Assembly (NCBI GenBank): GCA_037441575.1
Contig: JBBIRX010000005.1
Span: 1 to 33,329, forward strand
Source of the DNA: Anaeromyxobacter sp.
GTDB lineage: Bacteria; Myxococcota; Myxococcia; Myxococcales; Anaeromyxobacteraceae
Reading direction: 5' to 3'
Length of the DNA stretch: 33,329 bases
Below, one piece after another: positions 1-9,323 of the stretch (positions are counted from its first letter, which is position 1; each line of letters opens with the position of its first letter). The notes under the pieces are model-generated. The model was not told the origin of the DNA. It saw only the letters and a program-made list of their open reading frames with translations, and did no database searches. Position numbers and translations under genes: made by a program.

Positions 1-221
1 CCGGCCGGATCGGGCGGCTCTTCTCCAACATGATCCTGTTCCAGGCCGGCTACCTGCCGGTCATCGTCCACGCCACCGACCGGCAGCGCTACTACGAGTC
101 GCTCCGGCAGCCCGACGCGGCCCTGCGCGAGCTGACCATGGACGCCATCGCCAACGGGCTGGAGCACGCCGAGAAGTTCTTCGCGGAGGCTGCCGCGGCG
201 CAGCGCAAGCAGGTCCGTTAG
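1..221 (+). CDS. Fic/DOC family protein, C-terminal fragment (5' end lies outside the window)
   Basis: The frame is open from base 3 and reads GRIGRLFSNMILFQAGYLPVIV..., which is the tail of the Fic motif HxFx(D/E)GNGRxxR. Stop at 219-221. Confidence 0.7.
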   Translation, partial: GRIGRLFSNMILFQAGYLPVIVHATDRQRYYESLRQPDAALRELTMDAIANGLEHAEKFFAEAAAAQRKQVR

Positions 222-388
222 ATCGGCGCTGGAGCCGTCCAGGCCCCGGCTGGGATCCCTCAGGGGGAGCCCATCCGGGGCCAAGCGTTTTCTAACATCA
301 TGATTTCATCACCTTTTACAACTTCTCTGGGACGGGGGCCGTCGATCATGGCGGCGCAGCCCCGCCCTGTTGTATAGGTCCGCCCCCG

Positions 389-1213
389 ATGCTCCTCGGC
401 GCACACGAAGGGATCGCGGGCGGCGTCTCCACGGCGTTCGCCCGCGCCGAGGAGGACGGGGCGGAGTGCCTGCAGATCTTCACCCGCAACGCCCGGGGCT
501 GGGCCGCCAAGCCGCTCGAGGACGACGAGGTCGCCCGCTTCCGCGCCGAGGCCGCCCGCACCCGCCTGCCGGCCGCCGCCCACGCCAGCTACCTCATCAA
601 CAGCGCCGCCGGCGACGCCGAGATCCGCCGCAAGAGCTGGGCCGGCCTGGCCGACGAGCTCCACCGCTGCGAGCAGCTCGGCCTCTTCGCCCTCATCTTC
701 CACCCCGGCTCCAACCCCGACCAGGCTGCCGGCCTCAAGCTGGCCGCCGAGGGGATGGAGCGGGCGCTCGACGCCACCCCGGGCAAGGTGAAGCTGCTCC
801 TCGAGACCACCGCCGGCCAGGGCCACAGCCTCGGCCACGCCTTCGACCAGCTCGCCGCCATCCGCGACGCCATCCCCGGCCCGCTGCGCCGCCGCACCGG
901 CCTCTGCGTCGACACCTGCCACGTCTTCGCCGCCGGCCACGACCTGACCACCGACGAGGGCTACCAGGAGACCATGCAGAAGCTCGACCGGACGGTCGGC
1001 CTCGGCCTGGTCCACGCCTTCCACCTCAACGACTCGAAGAAGGGGCTCGGCTGCCGCGTCGACCGGCACGAGCACATCGGCGAGGGCGCGCTCGGCCTGT
1101 CGCCGTTCCGGCGGCTGGTCAACGACCCGCGCTTCGCCACCACCCCCGGCTTCCTGGAGACCGACCTCCGCTTCAAGGAGAACCTGTCGGTGCTCCGCTC
1201 CCTCATCGCGTGA
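389..1213 (+). CDS. nfo: Endonuclease IV (deoxyribonuclease IV, AP endonuclease family 2)
   Basis: 274 aa with family hallmarks: AHASYLIN, FHPGS, LETTAGQG, CVDTCHVFAAGHD, HLNDSK. Confidence 0.9.
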   Translation: MLLGAHEGIAGGVSTAFARAEEDGAECLQIFTRNARGWAAKPLEDDEVARFRAEAARTRLPAAAHASYLINSAAGDAEIRRKSWAGLADELHRCEQLGLFALIFHPGSNPDQAAGLKLAAEGMERALDATPGKVKLLLETTAGQGHSLGHAFDQLAAIRDAIPGPLRRRTGLCVDTCHVFAAGHDLTTDEGYQETMQKLDRTVGLGLVHAFHLNDSKKGLGCRVDRHEHIGEGALGLSPFRRLVNDPRFATTPGFLETDLRFKENLSVLRSLIA

Positions 1214-1290
1214 AGTCGGCCGCCACCAGAACGGCGCGCCGCGCCGCGCCCGCCACGCCGCGCAACGGCGCGACCGTCCAGGCCCACCGG

Positions 1291-2373
1291 ATGTCGCTCA
1301 ATCCGCGCGCCGGCGGCTCGCCGGTGGCCAAGCTCGACAAGCTCATCGCCTTCGCGCGCGGCCACCGCCGCGCCCTGGTGCTCACCCACGACAACCCCGA
1401 CCCGGACTCGCTGGCCTCCGGCGTGGCGCTGGCCTGGCTGCTGGAGGAGCTGGCCGGGGTCGAGGCCCGGGTGGCCTACGGCGGCATCGTGGGGCGCGCC
1501 GAGAACCGCGCCCTGATCCAGGAGCTCGACCTGCCGGTGGTGCCGGTGTCGCGGGTGGTCTTCGACGACTTCGACATGATCTGCATGGTCGACACCCAGC
1601 CGGAGCAGGGCAACCACTCCCTGCCCAGCCGCCACTTCCCCGACGTGGTCATCGACCACCACCCGGTGCGCCCCGACTCGCACCTGGCCGCCATCGCCGA
1701 CGTGGGCGGCCCCATCGGCGCCACCTCCACGGTGGTGGTCGAGTACCTGCGCGCCAGCAAGCTCGAGGTGCCGCCGGCCATCGCCACCGCGCTCTTCTAC
1801 GGCATCAAGGCCGACACCCGCGACCTGGGGCGCCAGACCACGCCCCAGGACATCCAGGCCTACCTCTGGCTCTTCCCGCGCGCCGACAAGGACGCCATGG
1901 GGCGCATCGAGCACCCGCCCCTCTCCCTCGACTACTTCGCCCTCTCGCGCACCGCCATCGAGCGGGCCGAGGTGCACGGGCACGCGGTGGTGCTGCCGCT
2001 CGGCGAGCTCTACGCGCCGGACATGGTGGCCGAGGTGGCCGAGCGCTTCCTCTACCTGGAGGGGATGCGCTGGTCGATCGCCTACGGCACCTTCGAGGGC
2101 GACCTCTACTACTCGGTGCGCACCACCGATCGGCGCGCCAACGCCGGCAAGCTGATCCGCGAGGTGATCGAGCCGCGCGGCGGCTCGGCGGGCGGCCACG
2201 GCACCATGGCCGGCGCGCGGCTGCCGGCGCGCGGGCTGAAGGGGGCGGCGCTCAAGCGGCTGGCCGCCAGCGTGGTCCGCGACTTCCTGGAGGCCTTCGG
2301 CGAGCGCGGGCGCGGCGTGAAGCGGATCACCGCCGCCAAGCTGAAGCCGGCGCGGCGGCGGTCCGCCTCGTAG
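1291..2373 (+). CDS. DHH/DHHA1 family phosphoesterase (NrnA-like)
   Basis: Motifs THDNPDPDSLAS, MVDTQP, IDHH and GGHG near the C-terminus. ATG at 1291 is in frame. GTG at 1210 is an alternative start. The upstream part of the 667-aa ORF overlaps nfo and is Arg/Pro junk. Confidence 0.8.
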   Translation: MSLNPRAGGSPVAKLDKLIAFARGHRRALVLTHDNPDPDSLASGVALAWLLEELAGVEARVAYGGIVGRAENRALIQELDLPVVPVSRVVFDDFDMICMVDTQPEQGNHSLPSRHFPDVVIDHHPVRPDSHLAAIADVGGPIGATSTVVVEYLRASKLEVPPAIATALFYGIKADTRDLGRQTTPQDIQAYLWLFPRADKDAMGRIEHPPLSLDYFALSRTAIERAEVHGHAVVLPLGELYAPDMVAEVAERFLYLEGMRWSIAYGTFEGDLYYSVRTTDRRANAGKLIREVIEPRGGSAGGHGTMAGARLPARGLKGAALKRLAASVVRDFLEAFGERGRGVKRITAAKLKPARRRSAS

Positions 2374-2386
2374 CCGCTGCGGCGGC

Positions 2387-3313
2387 CTACCGCGGCTCGG
2401 CCCGGGTGGCGCCGAACAGGCCGCGCACCACCGCGGCGATGGCCAGCGGCGTCCCCACGGCCGGGTCGTAGAGCGCCTCGATGGCGTGGGCGAAGGCGGC
2501 CGCGCTCTCCCAGCGCTCCTCCGGCCGGGCCGGCAGGCAGTGGAGCGTCAGGGCGTCGAGCTCGAACGGCACCTCGGGCCGCACGTCGGAGGGCGCCCGC
2601 AGCCGGCCGGAGAGGATGCGCTCCCCCACCTCCTCCACCGTGGTGCCGGGGAAGGCGCGCTCGTTGGTGAGCAGCTCGAAGAGCACCGCCCCCAGCGCGA
2701 AGAGGTCGGTGCGCGGCGAGAGCGGCTCGCCGCGCAGCTGCTCCGGGGCCAGGTAGTGGATCTTGCCGAACGCCCCCTGGCGCGCCGCCTTGGAGGCGCC
2801 GGGGGTGAGGGCCACGCCGAAGTCGCCCAGCTTGATCTCGCCGAGCCGGGAGATGAAGACGTTGGACGGCGAGACGTCGCAGTGGATGATGCCGAGCGGC
2901 CGGCCCTGGCGATCGACGCCGGCGTGGGCGTGGTCGAGCGCCAGCGCCAGCTGGTGGGCCAGGTAGGCGCCGAAGTCGATGGGCAGGAGGATGCCGCGCT
3001 GCGCGCACTGGCTGAGGATCTGGCGCAGGTTCTTGCCGTCCACCAGCTCCATGGCCAGGTAGGGCCGCCCCTCCTCGACGCCGGCGTCGAAGACGTCGAT
3101 GACCGCTGGGTGGTGCAGGCGGCGGGTGATGAGCGCCTCCTGCCGGAACAGCTCCACGTACTCGGGATCGGCGGCCAGCTCGGGCTTGAGCTGCTTGACC
3201 GCCACCTCCTGGCCGGCCAGCGGCCCGCGCCGGGCGATGGCGCGGTAGACGTCGGCCATCCCGCCCCGGCCGATGAGCGCGGTCAGCTCGTACCCGGCGA
3301 AGAGCTGCCCCAC
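2387..3313 (-). CDS. Ser/Thr protein kinase (Hanks type, kinase domain only)
   Basis: G-loop GRGGMADVY, VAVK lysine, catalytic loop HCDVSPSNV, DFG, APE. Confidence 0.9.
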   Translation of the reverse strand: MGQLFAGYELTALIGRGGMADVYRAIARRGPLAGQEVAVKQLKPELAADPEYVELFRQEALITRRLHHPAVIDVFDAGVEEGRPYLAMELVDGKNLRQILSQCAQRGILLPIDFGAYLAHQLALALDHAHAGVDRQGRPLGIIHCDVSPSNVFISRLGEIKLGDFGVALTPGASKAARQGAFGKIHYLAPEQLRGEPLSPRTDLFALGAVLFELLTNERAFPGTTVEEVGERILSGRLRAPSDVRPEVPFELDALTLHCLPARPEERWESAAAFAHAIEALYDPAVGTPLAIAAVVRGLFGATRAEPR

Positions 3314-3317
3314 GCGC

Positions 3318-4163
3318 TCACATCCGGGCGCGGACCAGCGCCTGGTAGGCGGGCAGGTCGCGCAGGCTGGCGAGGTCGGGGTCCTCGCCGATCCCCTCCG
3401 CCGTGGCGTAGCCGTTGACCGCGGCGATCTGCAGGTAGCGCAGCGCCAGGTCGGGCTGGCCGGAGAGGGCGTAGACGCAGGCCATGTTGTAGTAGGCGTC
3501 GCCGAAGTCGGGGTCGACCCGCAGCGCCTTCTTGTACCACTCGAGCGCCGCCTTGTAGTCGTCGCGCATGCGCCAGGTCACGCCCACGCCGTTGAAGGCC
3601 TCGGGCCGGCGCGGGTCGAGCTCGGCCGCCTCCTCGAAGAGGGCGCGGGCCTTCTCGAAGTTCCCCTCGCCGAGATAGGCCGCCCCCTCGCGCATCAGCG
3701 CCAGGGCCCGCTCCGAGGCGCTCTTCCCCGGGGTGACGGGCGGCTTCGGCCGGGGGGCGGCGGGGGGCCGGGCCTGCGGCGCCACGCGGGTGAAGGTGAT
3801 CCCGCCGCTGCGGCCGAGCGGGGCCTTGCAGCCAGGCGCCACGTGGACCGCGCCGGAGAGCCCCTTGGCGCCCACCAGCAGCACGCCGTTGGCCCAGGCC
3901 TCGGCCGCGGCGCAGCCGGTCTGGCAGACCCGCACCTCGCCGGCCAGGGAGTCGTCGAGCAGCGTGCCGCGCAGCACCTCGGCGCCCCTGGCGAACCGGC
4001 AGGGCCCGGTGGGCGCCACCAGCGTGGCCCGGTAGGTGGTGCCGTCCCCATCGATGCGGACCCGCCCGAGCGGAGAATCATACTCACCGTCCAGCGAGGG
4101 GCCGGCCAGGGCCCGGCCGGCCATCAGGAGCGGCGCCAGTACGGCGATGAGAAGACTCCTCAT
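3318..4163 (-). CDS. Secreted TPR-repeat protein
   Basis: N-terminal signal peptide MRSLLIAVLAPLLMAGRALA. C-terminal TPR-like repeats (EKARALFEEAAELDP, YKAALEWYKKALRVDP, AYYNMACVYALSGQPDLALRYL). Ends 4 nt before the kinase start. Confidence 0.75.
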   Translation of the reverse strand: MRSLLIAVLAPLLMAGRALAGPSLDGEYDSPLGRVRIDGDGTTYRATLVAPTGPCRFARGAEVLRGTLLDDSLAGEVRVCQTGCAAAEAWANGVLLVGAKGLSGAVHVAPGCKAPLGRSGGITFTRVAPQARPPAAPRPKPPVTPGKSASERALALMREGAAYLGEGNFEKARALFEEAAELDPRRPEAFNGVGVTWRMRDDYKAALEWYKKALRVDPDFGDAYYNMACVYALSGQPDLALRYLQIAAVNGYATAEGIGEDPDLASLRDLPAYQALVRARM

Positions 4164-4197
4164 TTCGCGATTCTACCCTCTGGTGACGCCGATGCGC

Positions 4198-4226
4198 TTG
4201 ACAGCGTCAGAGCGCGCGCCTAGGAT
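4198..4226 (+). promoter_or_regulatory. Sigma-70-like promoter for the putative 6S RNA
   Basis: TTGACA (4198-4203), 17-nt spacer, TAGGAT (4221-4226). Predicted transcription start near 4233. Confidence 0.4.
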
Positions 4227-4289
4227 GAGTCATAAGGAAAAACCTCCGTGAACACGAAGGTTTAGGCTCTTTGTACATCCCTGTTCGCT

Positions 4290-4493
4290 CTGCCCCCTGC
4301 CGGGTTCGTGATTGGCCTCGCGTCGTTTGGGCCATCTTGTGATTGAAGCGTGGTTCCCGGCCGGCGCCATGTGCAAGCTCCCACCGCAGCAGAGGGAGAA
4401 GCCTACGGCGCTGGTCCAGTTCACGGGAGCCCCACCTATGGAGACATAGGTCCAAGCTGCCGAGACACACGGCTCACGCGGGGGGCTTTTTTT
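4290..4493 (+). ncRNA. ssrS: Probable 6S RNA (boundaries approximate; primary transcript may start near 4233)
   Basis: GC-poor non-coding stretch directly upstream of 5-formyl-THF cyclo-ligase, the classical ssrS-ygfA synteny. Hand fold gives a rod: closing stem 4292-4300 with 4478-4486, ttgggcc 4327-4333 with ggtccaa 4449-4455, ggttcccg 4352-4359 with cgggagcc 4424-4431, gcgcc 4364-4368 with ggcgc 4407-4411, apical ctccc 4378-4382 with gggag 4394-4398. A large internal loop lies between these helices. A U-run at 4487-4493 follows the closing stem. Confidence 0.6.
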
Positions 4494-4510
4494 CATCCCT
4501 TCGTCGTAGG

Positions 4511-5125
4511 ATGCGCGGCTCGATGACCCCCGACATCAAGGCCGACATCAAGGCCAAGAAGCGCGAGCTCCGCTCCGAGCTGATCGCGCTGCGGGCCCGG
4601 CTCGATCCAGCGCTCCGCCAGGCCGCCTCGGTGGCCCTGGCCGAGCGCCTGGCCGGGTTCGAGCCGTTCCGCGCCGCCGAGACCGTCGGCCTCTACGCCC
4701 CGCTGGGCACCGAGGTCGACGCCGACCACATCGCCGCCTCGGTGCTGGCCCGCGGCGGCCGGGTGGTCTTCCCGCGCAGCGTGGCCGGCGAGCGGCGGCT
4801 GGTCTTCTGCGCCTGCCGCCCGGACGAGCTGGTGCGCGGTCCGCTCGGCGCGGGCGAGCCGCCCCCGAGCGCACGCGAGGTGCCGCTCTCCGAGATCCAG
4901 TGCTTCGTGATCCCCGGCATCGGCTTCTCGCGCGACGGCCTGCGGCTGGGGCGCGGCGGCGGCTACTACGACGCCACCCTGAAGAAGGCCCCCGAGGCCC
5001 TCCGCATCGGCGTGGCCTTCGACCTGCAGCTGCGCGCCGAGCTGCCGCGGGAGCCGCACGACGTGCCGCTCGACGCCATCGTCACCGAGCGGGAGACGCT
5101 CCGCTTCCAGCGGCCGGGGACCTGA
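4511..5125 (+). CDS. 5-formyltetrahydrofolate cyclo-ligase
   Basis: About 204 aa with the family C-terminal signature IPGIGFSRDGLRLGRGGGYYD. ATG at 4511 follows the RNA U-run. ATG at 4523 is an alternative. Confidence 0.85.
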   Translation: MRGSMTPDIKADIKAKKRELRSELIALRARLDPALRQAASVALAERLAGFEPFRAAETVGLYAPLGTEVDADHIAASVLARGGRVVFPRSVAGERRLVFCACRPDELVRGPLGAGEPPPSAREVPLSEIQCFVIPGIGFSRDGLRLGRGGGYYDATLKKAPEALRIGVAFDLQLRAELPREPHDVPLDAIVTERETLRFQRPGT

Positions 5126-5920
5126 GTGAAGGTCCTCTTCCTGGGCGACGTCTTCGGCAAGCCGGGCCGCCAGGCGGTGCAGCGCCTGGTGCCGCGCCTC
5201 ATCTCCCGCCACGGCCTCGACCTGGTGGTGGCCAACGCCGAGAACGTGGCCGCCGGCGTGGGGGTCACCCCCGAGCTGGCCGACGAGCTGCTGGCCGCCG
5301 AGGTCGACCTGCTCACCAGCGGCAACCACATCTGGTCGAAGCGCGAGATCGGCCCCTACCTGGACCGGCCCGGCAGCCGGCTGCTGCGCCCCGCCAACTA
5401 CCCGCCCGGCGCCCCGGGGCGTGGCCGCGGGATCGCCTCCACCCCCGACGGGCGCAAGCTGGGGGTCATCAACCTGGAGGGGCGGGTCTTCATGAAGACG
5501 CTGGACGACCCGTTCCGCGTGGTGTTGGCCGAGCTGGCGGCGCTCCGGCAGGAGGGCTGCACCGCGGTGCTGGTCGACATGCATTGCGAGGCCACCTCCG
5601 AGAAGAACGCCATGGGCTGGTTCCTCGACGGCAAGGTCTCGGCGGTGCTGGGCACCCACACCCACGTGCAGACCGCCGACGAGCGGGTGCTGCCCGGCGG
5701 CACCGCCTTCATCACCGACGTCGGCATGTGCGGGCCCTGGGACTCGATCATCGGGGTGCGCAAGGAGCTGGTGCTGGAGCGGTTCACCACCCAGCGCCCC
5801 ATGGCCTTCGAGCCGGCCAAGCGCGAGGTGTTCCTGCAGGGGGCCATCGTCGAGATCGACGACGCCACCGGCAAGGCCACCTCGATCAGCCGGGTGCAGG
5901 AGCGGCTGGAGGAGGGGTAG
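5126..5920 (+). CDS. YmdB-like metallophosphoesterase (TIGR00282-type)
   Basis: MKVLFLGDVFGKPGR, ANAENVAAGVG, TSGNH, DMHCEATSEK, GTHTHVQTAD. GTG start abuts the previous stop codon. Confidence 0.85.
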   Translation: MKVLFLGDVFGKPGRQAVQRLVPRLISRHGLDLVVANAENVAAGVGVTPELADELLAAEVDLLTSGNHIWSKREIGPYLDRPGSRLLRPANYPPGAPGRGRGIASTPDGRKLGVINLEGRVFMKTLDDPFRVVLAELAALRQEGCTAVLVDMHCEATSEKNAMGWFLDGKVSAVLGTHTHVQTADERVLPGGTAFITDVGMCGPWDSIIGVRKELVLERFTTQRPMAFEPAKREVFLQGAIVEIDDATGKATSISRVQERLEEG

Positions 5921-5965
5921 GCCGGCCTCTTGACCGTGTGGCCCTTCGAGGGCCACACTGGCTCC

Positions 5966-6229
5966 GTGAAGACCAGGGACCACGTGGTGAAGGTGCGTCT
6001 CTCCAGCGACGAGCTGGAGCTGGCGGAAGCCCATGCTCGCTCGGAAGGGGTCCCGCTCTCCACCTATCTGCGGCGCCTCGCCGTCACCGATCGCCCGCGC
6101 GCCGGCTCGGAATCCGAACGGGTCAAGAAGGCGCTCCGGGCCTTCGATGCCTTCACCACGGCCGAGGTCGACGAGCTGCGGGCCAGCGCGGCCGAAGTCC
6201 GCAAGGGATGGCCGCGTGGTCGTCGCTGA
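5966..6229 (+). CDS. vapB: Ribbon-helix-helix antitoxin (VapB/MobC-like)
   Basis: VKVRLSSDELELAEAHARSEGVPLSTYLRRLAV is a typical RHH N-terminus. Start is uncertain (GTG 5966 or TTG 5930). Overlaps the downstream PIN gene by 14 nt. Confidence 0.6.
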   Translation: MKTRDHVVKVRLSSDELELAEAHARSEGVPLSTYLRRLAVTDRPRAGSESERVKKALRAFDAFTTAEVDELRASAAEVRKGWPRGRR

Positions 6230-6608
6230 CACCGACGTCCTCATCACCGGCTTCGACAAGCGGCGCGAGCCTGAGCGGGCCCGGCTCTTCGCGCTCCTGC
6301 AGCGCGGGGAGCTGGCGACCACGGTCATCAACGTCTTCGAGCTGACCGCCGGTCAGAGCACCACCGCCAGACAGCTCGAGCTGCTCCACGCGGCACTCGG
6401 ACAGGTGAACATCCTGCCGGTGACACTGGGGGCCGCGGAGCTTGCCGCCGCCGTGAGCCGGCACCTTGGCCGGCGCGGCCTCAACCTCGCGCCGCCCGAT
6501 CTGCTCATCGCCGGTGTCTGCCTCGCCAACGATCTGCCGCTGCTCACGCGAAACGTCGAGCACTTCGGGCGGGTGCCAGGGCTGGCGCTGGAGCGGCTGC
6601 CTGGGTAG
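6216..6608 (+). CDS. vapC: PIN-domain ribonuclease toxin VapC
   Basis: VVADTDVLI (first acidic residue), FELT, PDLLIAG, LLTRNVEHF. GTG start at 6216 is in the frame of ORF 6033..6608. Confidence 0.8.
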   Translation: MVVADTDVLITGFDKRREPERARLFALLQRGELATTVINVFELTAGQSTTARQLELLHAALGQVNILPVTLGAAELAAAVSRHLGRRGLNLAPPDLLIAGVCLANDLPLLTRNVEHFGRVPGLALERLPG

Positions 6609-6637
6609 TCCGTCGCGGGTGGCGCGGCGCTGGCCGT

Positions 6638-7933
6638 TCAGCCGAGAGGCCTGGAGCTCCGCCACAGCGCCCGGCCGTAGACCGCCAGCCAGCCGCCGAT
6701 CAGGACGCCCAGGAAGATCACGCCTGCCAGTGCCAGGGTGGCTCCCGGGCCGCAACTGGTACACAGCGAGGCGGCTGGCCCGTCCGGCACCTCGAAGCCA
6801 CGCCCGGCCAGGGTGCGGGCCAGGTTGGGATGGAGATCGGTGAGCACGCCGACGAGCCCGGCCGGCGAGGGCTGACACGCCCCGACCTCCAGGCCGCCGA
6901 CCACCACGGGCCGGCCCGCCTTGCTCTTGCCCAGCGCGTAGACCCGCCCTCGAAGCTCCACCTGCGTGGCGCAGTCCAGTACCGTGTCCTCGAGTGTCAC
7001 CCATTCTCCCGGGCGCGCCGTCTCCGCTGTTCTCCGAACGGGTGCCGCAGGGAGCGCGAGGTACTCGCGCAGCTCAACCACCCCGAGGACGAAGCACCCC
7101 GCGGCGGTCGCGAGACCGAACACCACGAGGGCCCCGCCGCCCATCCTCAGTACCCTCGGCGGTGCGCGGAGGCGGCCGGCCTTCATCTCGACGAGGGTCT
7201 CGAACTGCAGGGCGAGCAGACTCGGATCCTCGGCGGCGAGCCGGCGGCGGCCTACGCGCCACGTCCAGGCGGCGGCGGCCACCGAGAGGGCAAGGAACAC
7301 GAGGCCCATTCGTCCGGCGCGAGCGCCGCCGGCCCCGTCGAGCACACCACCCGCCACCAAGAGTGCGGTCCCGGCCAGCCAGAGCACGGCCGCGAGGATC
7401 CCGTGCCACGGCGCGAGCCGGATCGGGTGGCTGGCGCCGAACACGTTCCGCCGGGCCATCACCAGCGCGGGGTCGAGCCGCAGCGCCGCCCGGAAGGCCT
7501 GCGCCGCCTCGGCTCGGCGCCGCTGCCGGATGAGGGCGACTCCGAGGTCGTTGAGGACGCGGGGCTGCCCGGGCTCGAGCGCCAGGCTCTTCCGGTAGCG
7601 CGCCTCGGCGCGCGCCGGGTCATCCGCGAGCCAGGTGTCGCCGAGGATCGCATGGGCGTCCGCCGACTCCGGAGCCGCCTCGACCGCCGCCTCCGCGGCC
7701 GCCCGGGCCTCGAGCACCCGCCCAAGCTCCAGGAGCGTGCCGGCGCGGAGCACCCGGAGCCGGCGGCCGTCGTCCTCCCCACCCTGGCCGAGGCTCCGGA
7801 GCGCCTCGTCGGCGGCCGCGAGCGCTTCGTCGAGGCGCCCCGCGGCGAGATGCGCCTGGACGAGCGCCATGCCCTGGAGATGGTCTGGCGCGTCAGTCAC
7901 CCCGGCCGGGGCAGCGGCAGGTTCGGACTCCAC
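6638..7933 (-). CDS. TPR-repeat membrane protein, function unknown
   Basis: N-terminal TPR-like helices, several hydrophobic segments (ILAAVLWLAGTALLVAGGVL, MGLVFLALSVAAAAWTW, GGALVVFGLATAAGCFVLGVV, LALAGVIFLGVLIGGWLAVY) and a Cys-containing domain between them. Confidence 0.6.
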   Translation of the reverse strand: MESEPAAAPAGVTDAPDHLQGMALVQAHLAAGRLDEALAAADEALRSLGQGGEDDGRRLRVLRAGTLLELGRVLEARAAAEAAVEAAPESADAHAILGDTWLADDPARAEARYRKSLALEPGQPRVLNDLGVALIRQRRRAEAAQAFRAALRLDPALVMARRNVFGASHPIRLAPWHGILAAVLWLAGTALLVAGGVLDGAGGARAGRMGLVFLALSVAAAAWTWRVGRRRLAAEDPSLLALQFETLVEMKAGRLRAPPRVLRMGGGALVVFGLATAAGCFVLGVVELREYLALPAAPVRRTAETARPGEWVTLEDTVLDCATQVELRGRVYALGKSKAGRPVVVGGLEVGACQPSPAGLVGVLTDLHPNLARTLAGRGFEVPDGPAASLCTSCGPGATLALAGVIFLGVLIGGWLAVYGRALWRSSRPLG

Positions 7934-7981
7934 GGTACGTGATGGTATCCCGCTGGCGCGTGACGAATCGTGAGCGGCGCC

Positions 7982-9247
7982 TCAGCCCTCCACCGCCAGC
8001 AGCGCGTAGTTCCGCTTCCCCTTCTGCAGCAGCAGGTAGCGGCCGGCCAGCAGGTCGGCGTCGCCGAGCTTGCGCTCGCCGTCGGCGATGGCCGCGCCGT
8101 TGAGGGAAAAGCCCTTGCCCTGGATGCCGCGCTTGGCGTCGCCGCGCGAGGAGGCCAGGCCGGCCTTCACCAGCGCGTCGGTGGCGGAGAGCGCGGCCAG
8201 CTCGGCGCGGGGGAGCGGCGCGGTGGGGATCTCGCGGCGCAGCACCTCGAAGACCTCGGCGCCGGCCCCGGCCAGGTCGCTGCCGCCGAAGAGGATGCGG
8301 CTGGCGGCCACCACGCCCTTCATGACGGCCTCGCCGTGGACCCGCGCGGTCATCTCCTCGGCCAGGGCCCGCTGCGCCAGGCGCTGGCCCGGGTCGGCGG
8401 CGTGGCTTGCCACCAGCGCCTCGATGTCCGCCAGCGGCTGGAAGGAGAAGAACTTGAGGATGCGCTCCACGTCGCGGTCGTCGGTGTTGAGCCAGAACTG
8501 GAAGAACTTATAGGGCGAGGTCTTGCGGGGGTCGAGGTAGACCGCCCCCTCCTCGCTCTTGCCGAACTTGGCGCCCGAGGCGGTGGTGAGCAGCGGCACC
8601 ACCAGGCCGTGCGCGCTCTTCCCCTCCTTGCGCGAGATGAGCTCGGCGCCGGCGGTGATGTTGCCCCACTGGTCGGTGCCGCCCATCTGCAGCTCGCAGC
8701 GCTCGGTGGTCCAGAGGTGCCAGAAGTCGTAGGCCTGGATCAGCATGTAGGTGAACTCGGTGTAGGAGATGCCGCTCTCCATCCGGTTCTTCACCGAGTC
8801 CTTGGCCAGCATGTAGTTGACGGTGAAGTGCTTGCCGGCGTCGCGCAGGAACTCCATCAGGCCGAGCGGCCGCAGCCAGTCGGCGTTGTTGCGCACCCGG
8901 GCGGCGTTGGGGCCGTCGAAGCGCAGGAACCGCTCGAGCTGGGCCCGCTGGCAGGCCACGTTGTGGTCGATCTGCTCGAGGCTGAGCACCGGCCGCTCGG
9001 TCCGCTTGCCGGAGGGGTCGCCCACCATGCCGGTGCCGCCGCCCACCACCACGATGGGCGTGCCGCCGGTCCGCTGCAGCCAGGAGAGCGCCATGACCGG
9101 CACCAGGTTGCCCACGTGGAGCGAGTCGGCGGTGGGGTCGAAGCCCACGTACCCGGTGATGGGGCCGGCGGAGAGCCGCTCCTGGAGGCCGGGGGTGGTC
9201 TCGGCGACGAGTCCGCGGGGCGTCAGTTCCTCGATCAGGGTGGGCAT
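7982..9247 (-). CDS. tyrS: Tyrosyl-tRNA synthetase
   Basis: HIGH-type motif (DSLHVGNL), KMSKS-type motif (KFGKS), C-terminal S4-like domain. Confidence 0.95.
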   Translation of the reverse strand: MPTLIEELTPRGLVAETTPGLQERLSAGPITGYVGFDPTADSLHVGNLVPVMALSWLQRTGGTPIVVVGGGTGMVGDPSGKRTERPVLSLEQIDHNVACQRAQLERFLRFDGPNAARVRNNADWLRPLGLMEFLRDAGKHFTVNYMLAKDSVKNRMESGISYTEFTYMLIQAYDFWHLWTTERCELQMGGTDQWGNITAGAELISRKEGKSAHGLVVPLLTTASGAKFGKSEEGAVYLDPRKTSPYKFFQFWLNTDDRDVERILKFFSFQPLADIEALVASHAADPGQRLAQRALAEEMTARVHGEAVMKGVVAASRILFGGSDLAGAGAEVFEVLRREIPTAPLPRAELAALSATDALVKAGLASSRGDAKRGIQGKGFSLNGAAIADGERKLGDADLLAGRYLLLQKGKRNYALLAVEG

Positions 9248-9323
9248 GGGACTGGCCAGTCTAGTCGACGGTAGACCCCGGGGGGAACCGGCACGCAGCG
9301 TGCGGCGAGGTTAAGCTGCCTCC

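Noticed and set aside
260-2199. Long minus-strand ORFs (260..1075, 961..2199) antisense to nfo and the DHH gene
   Set aside because: Low-complexity Ala/Gly/Arg/Val composition with no motifs. These are typical shadow ORFs of a stop-poor, very GC-rich sequence.
370-2373. 667-aa ORF spanning the nfo and DHH genes
   Set aside because: The first ~300 residues are Arg/Pro/Gly-rich and overlap the clearly real nfo gene in another frame. Only the part from 1291 (or 1210) looks like protein.
4493-6331. 612-aa minus-strand ORF antisense to the cyclo-ligase, ymdB and vapB
   Set aside because: It is a shadow ORF, whereas the plus-strand genes carry unmistakable family motifs.
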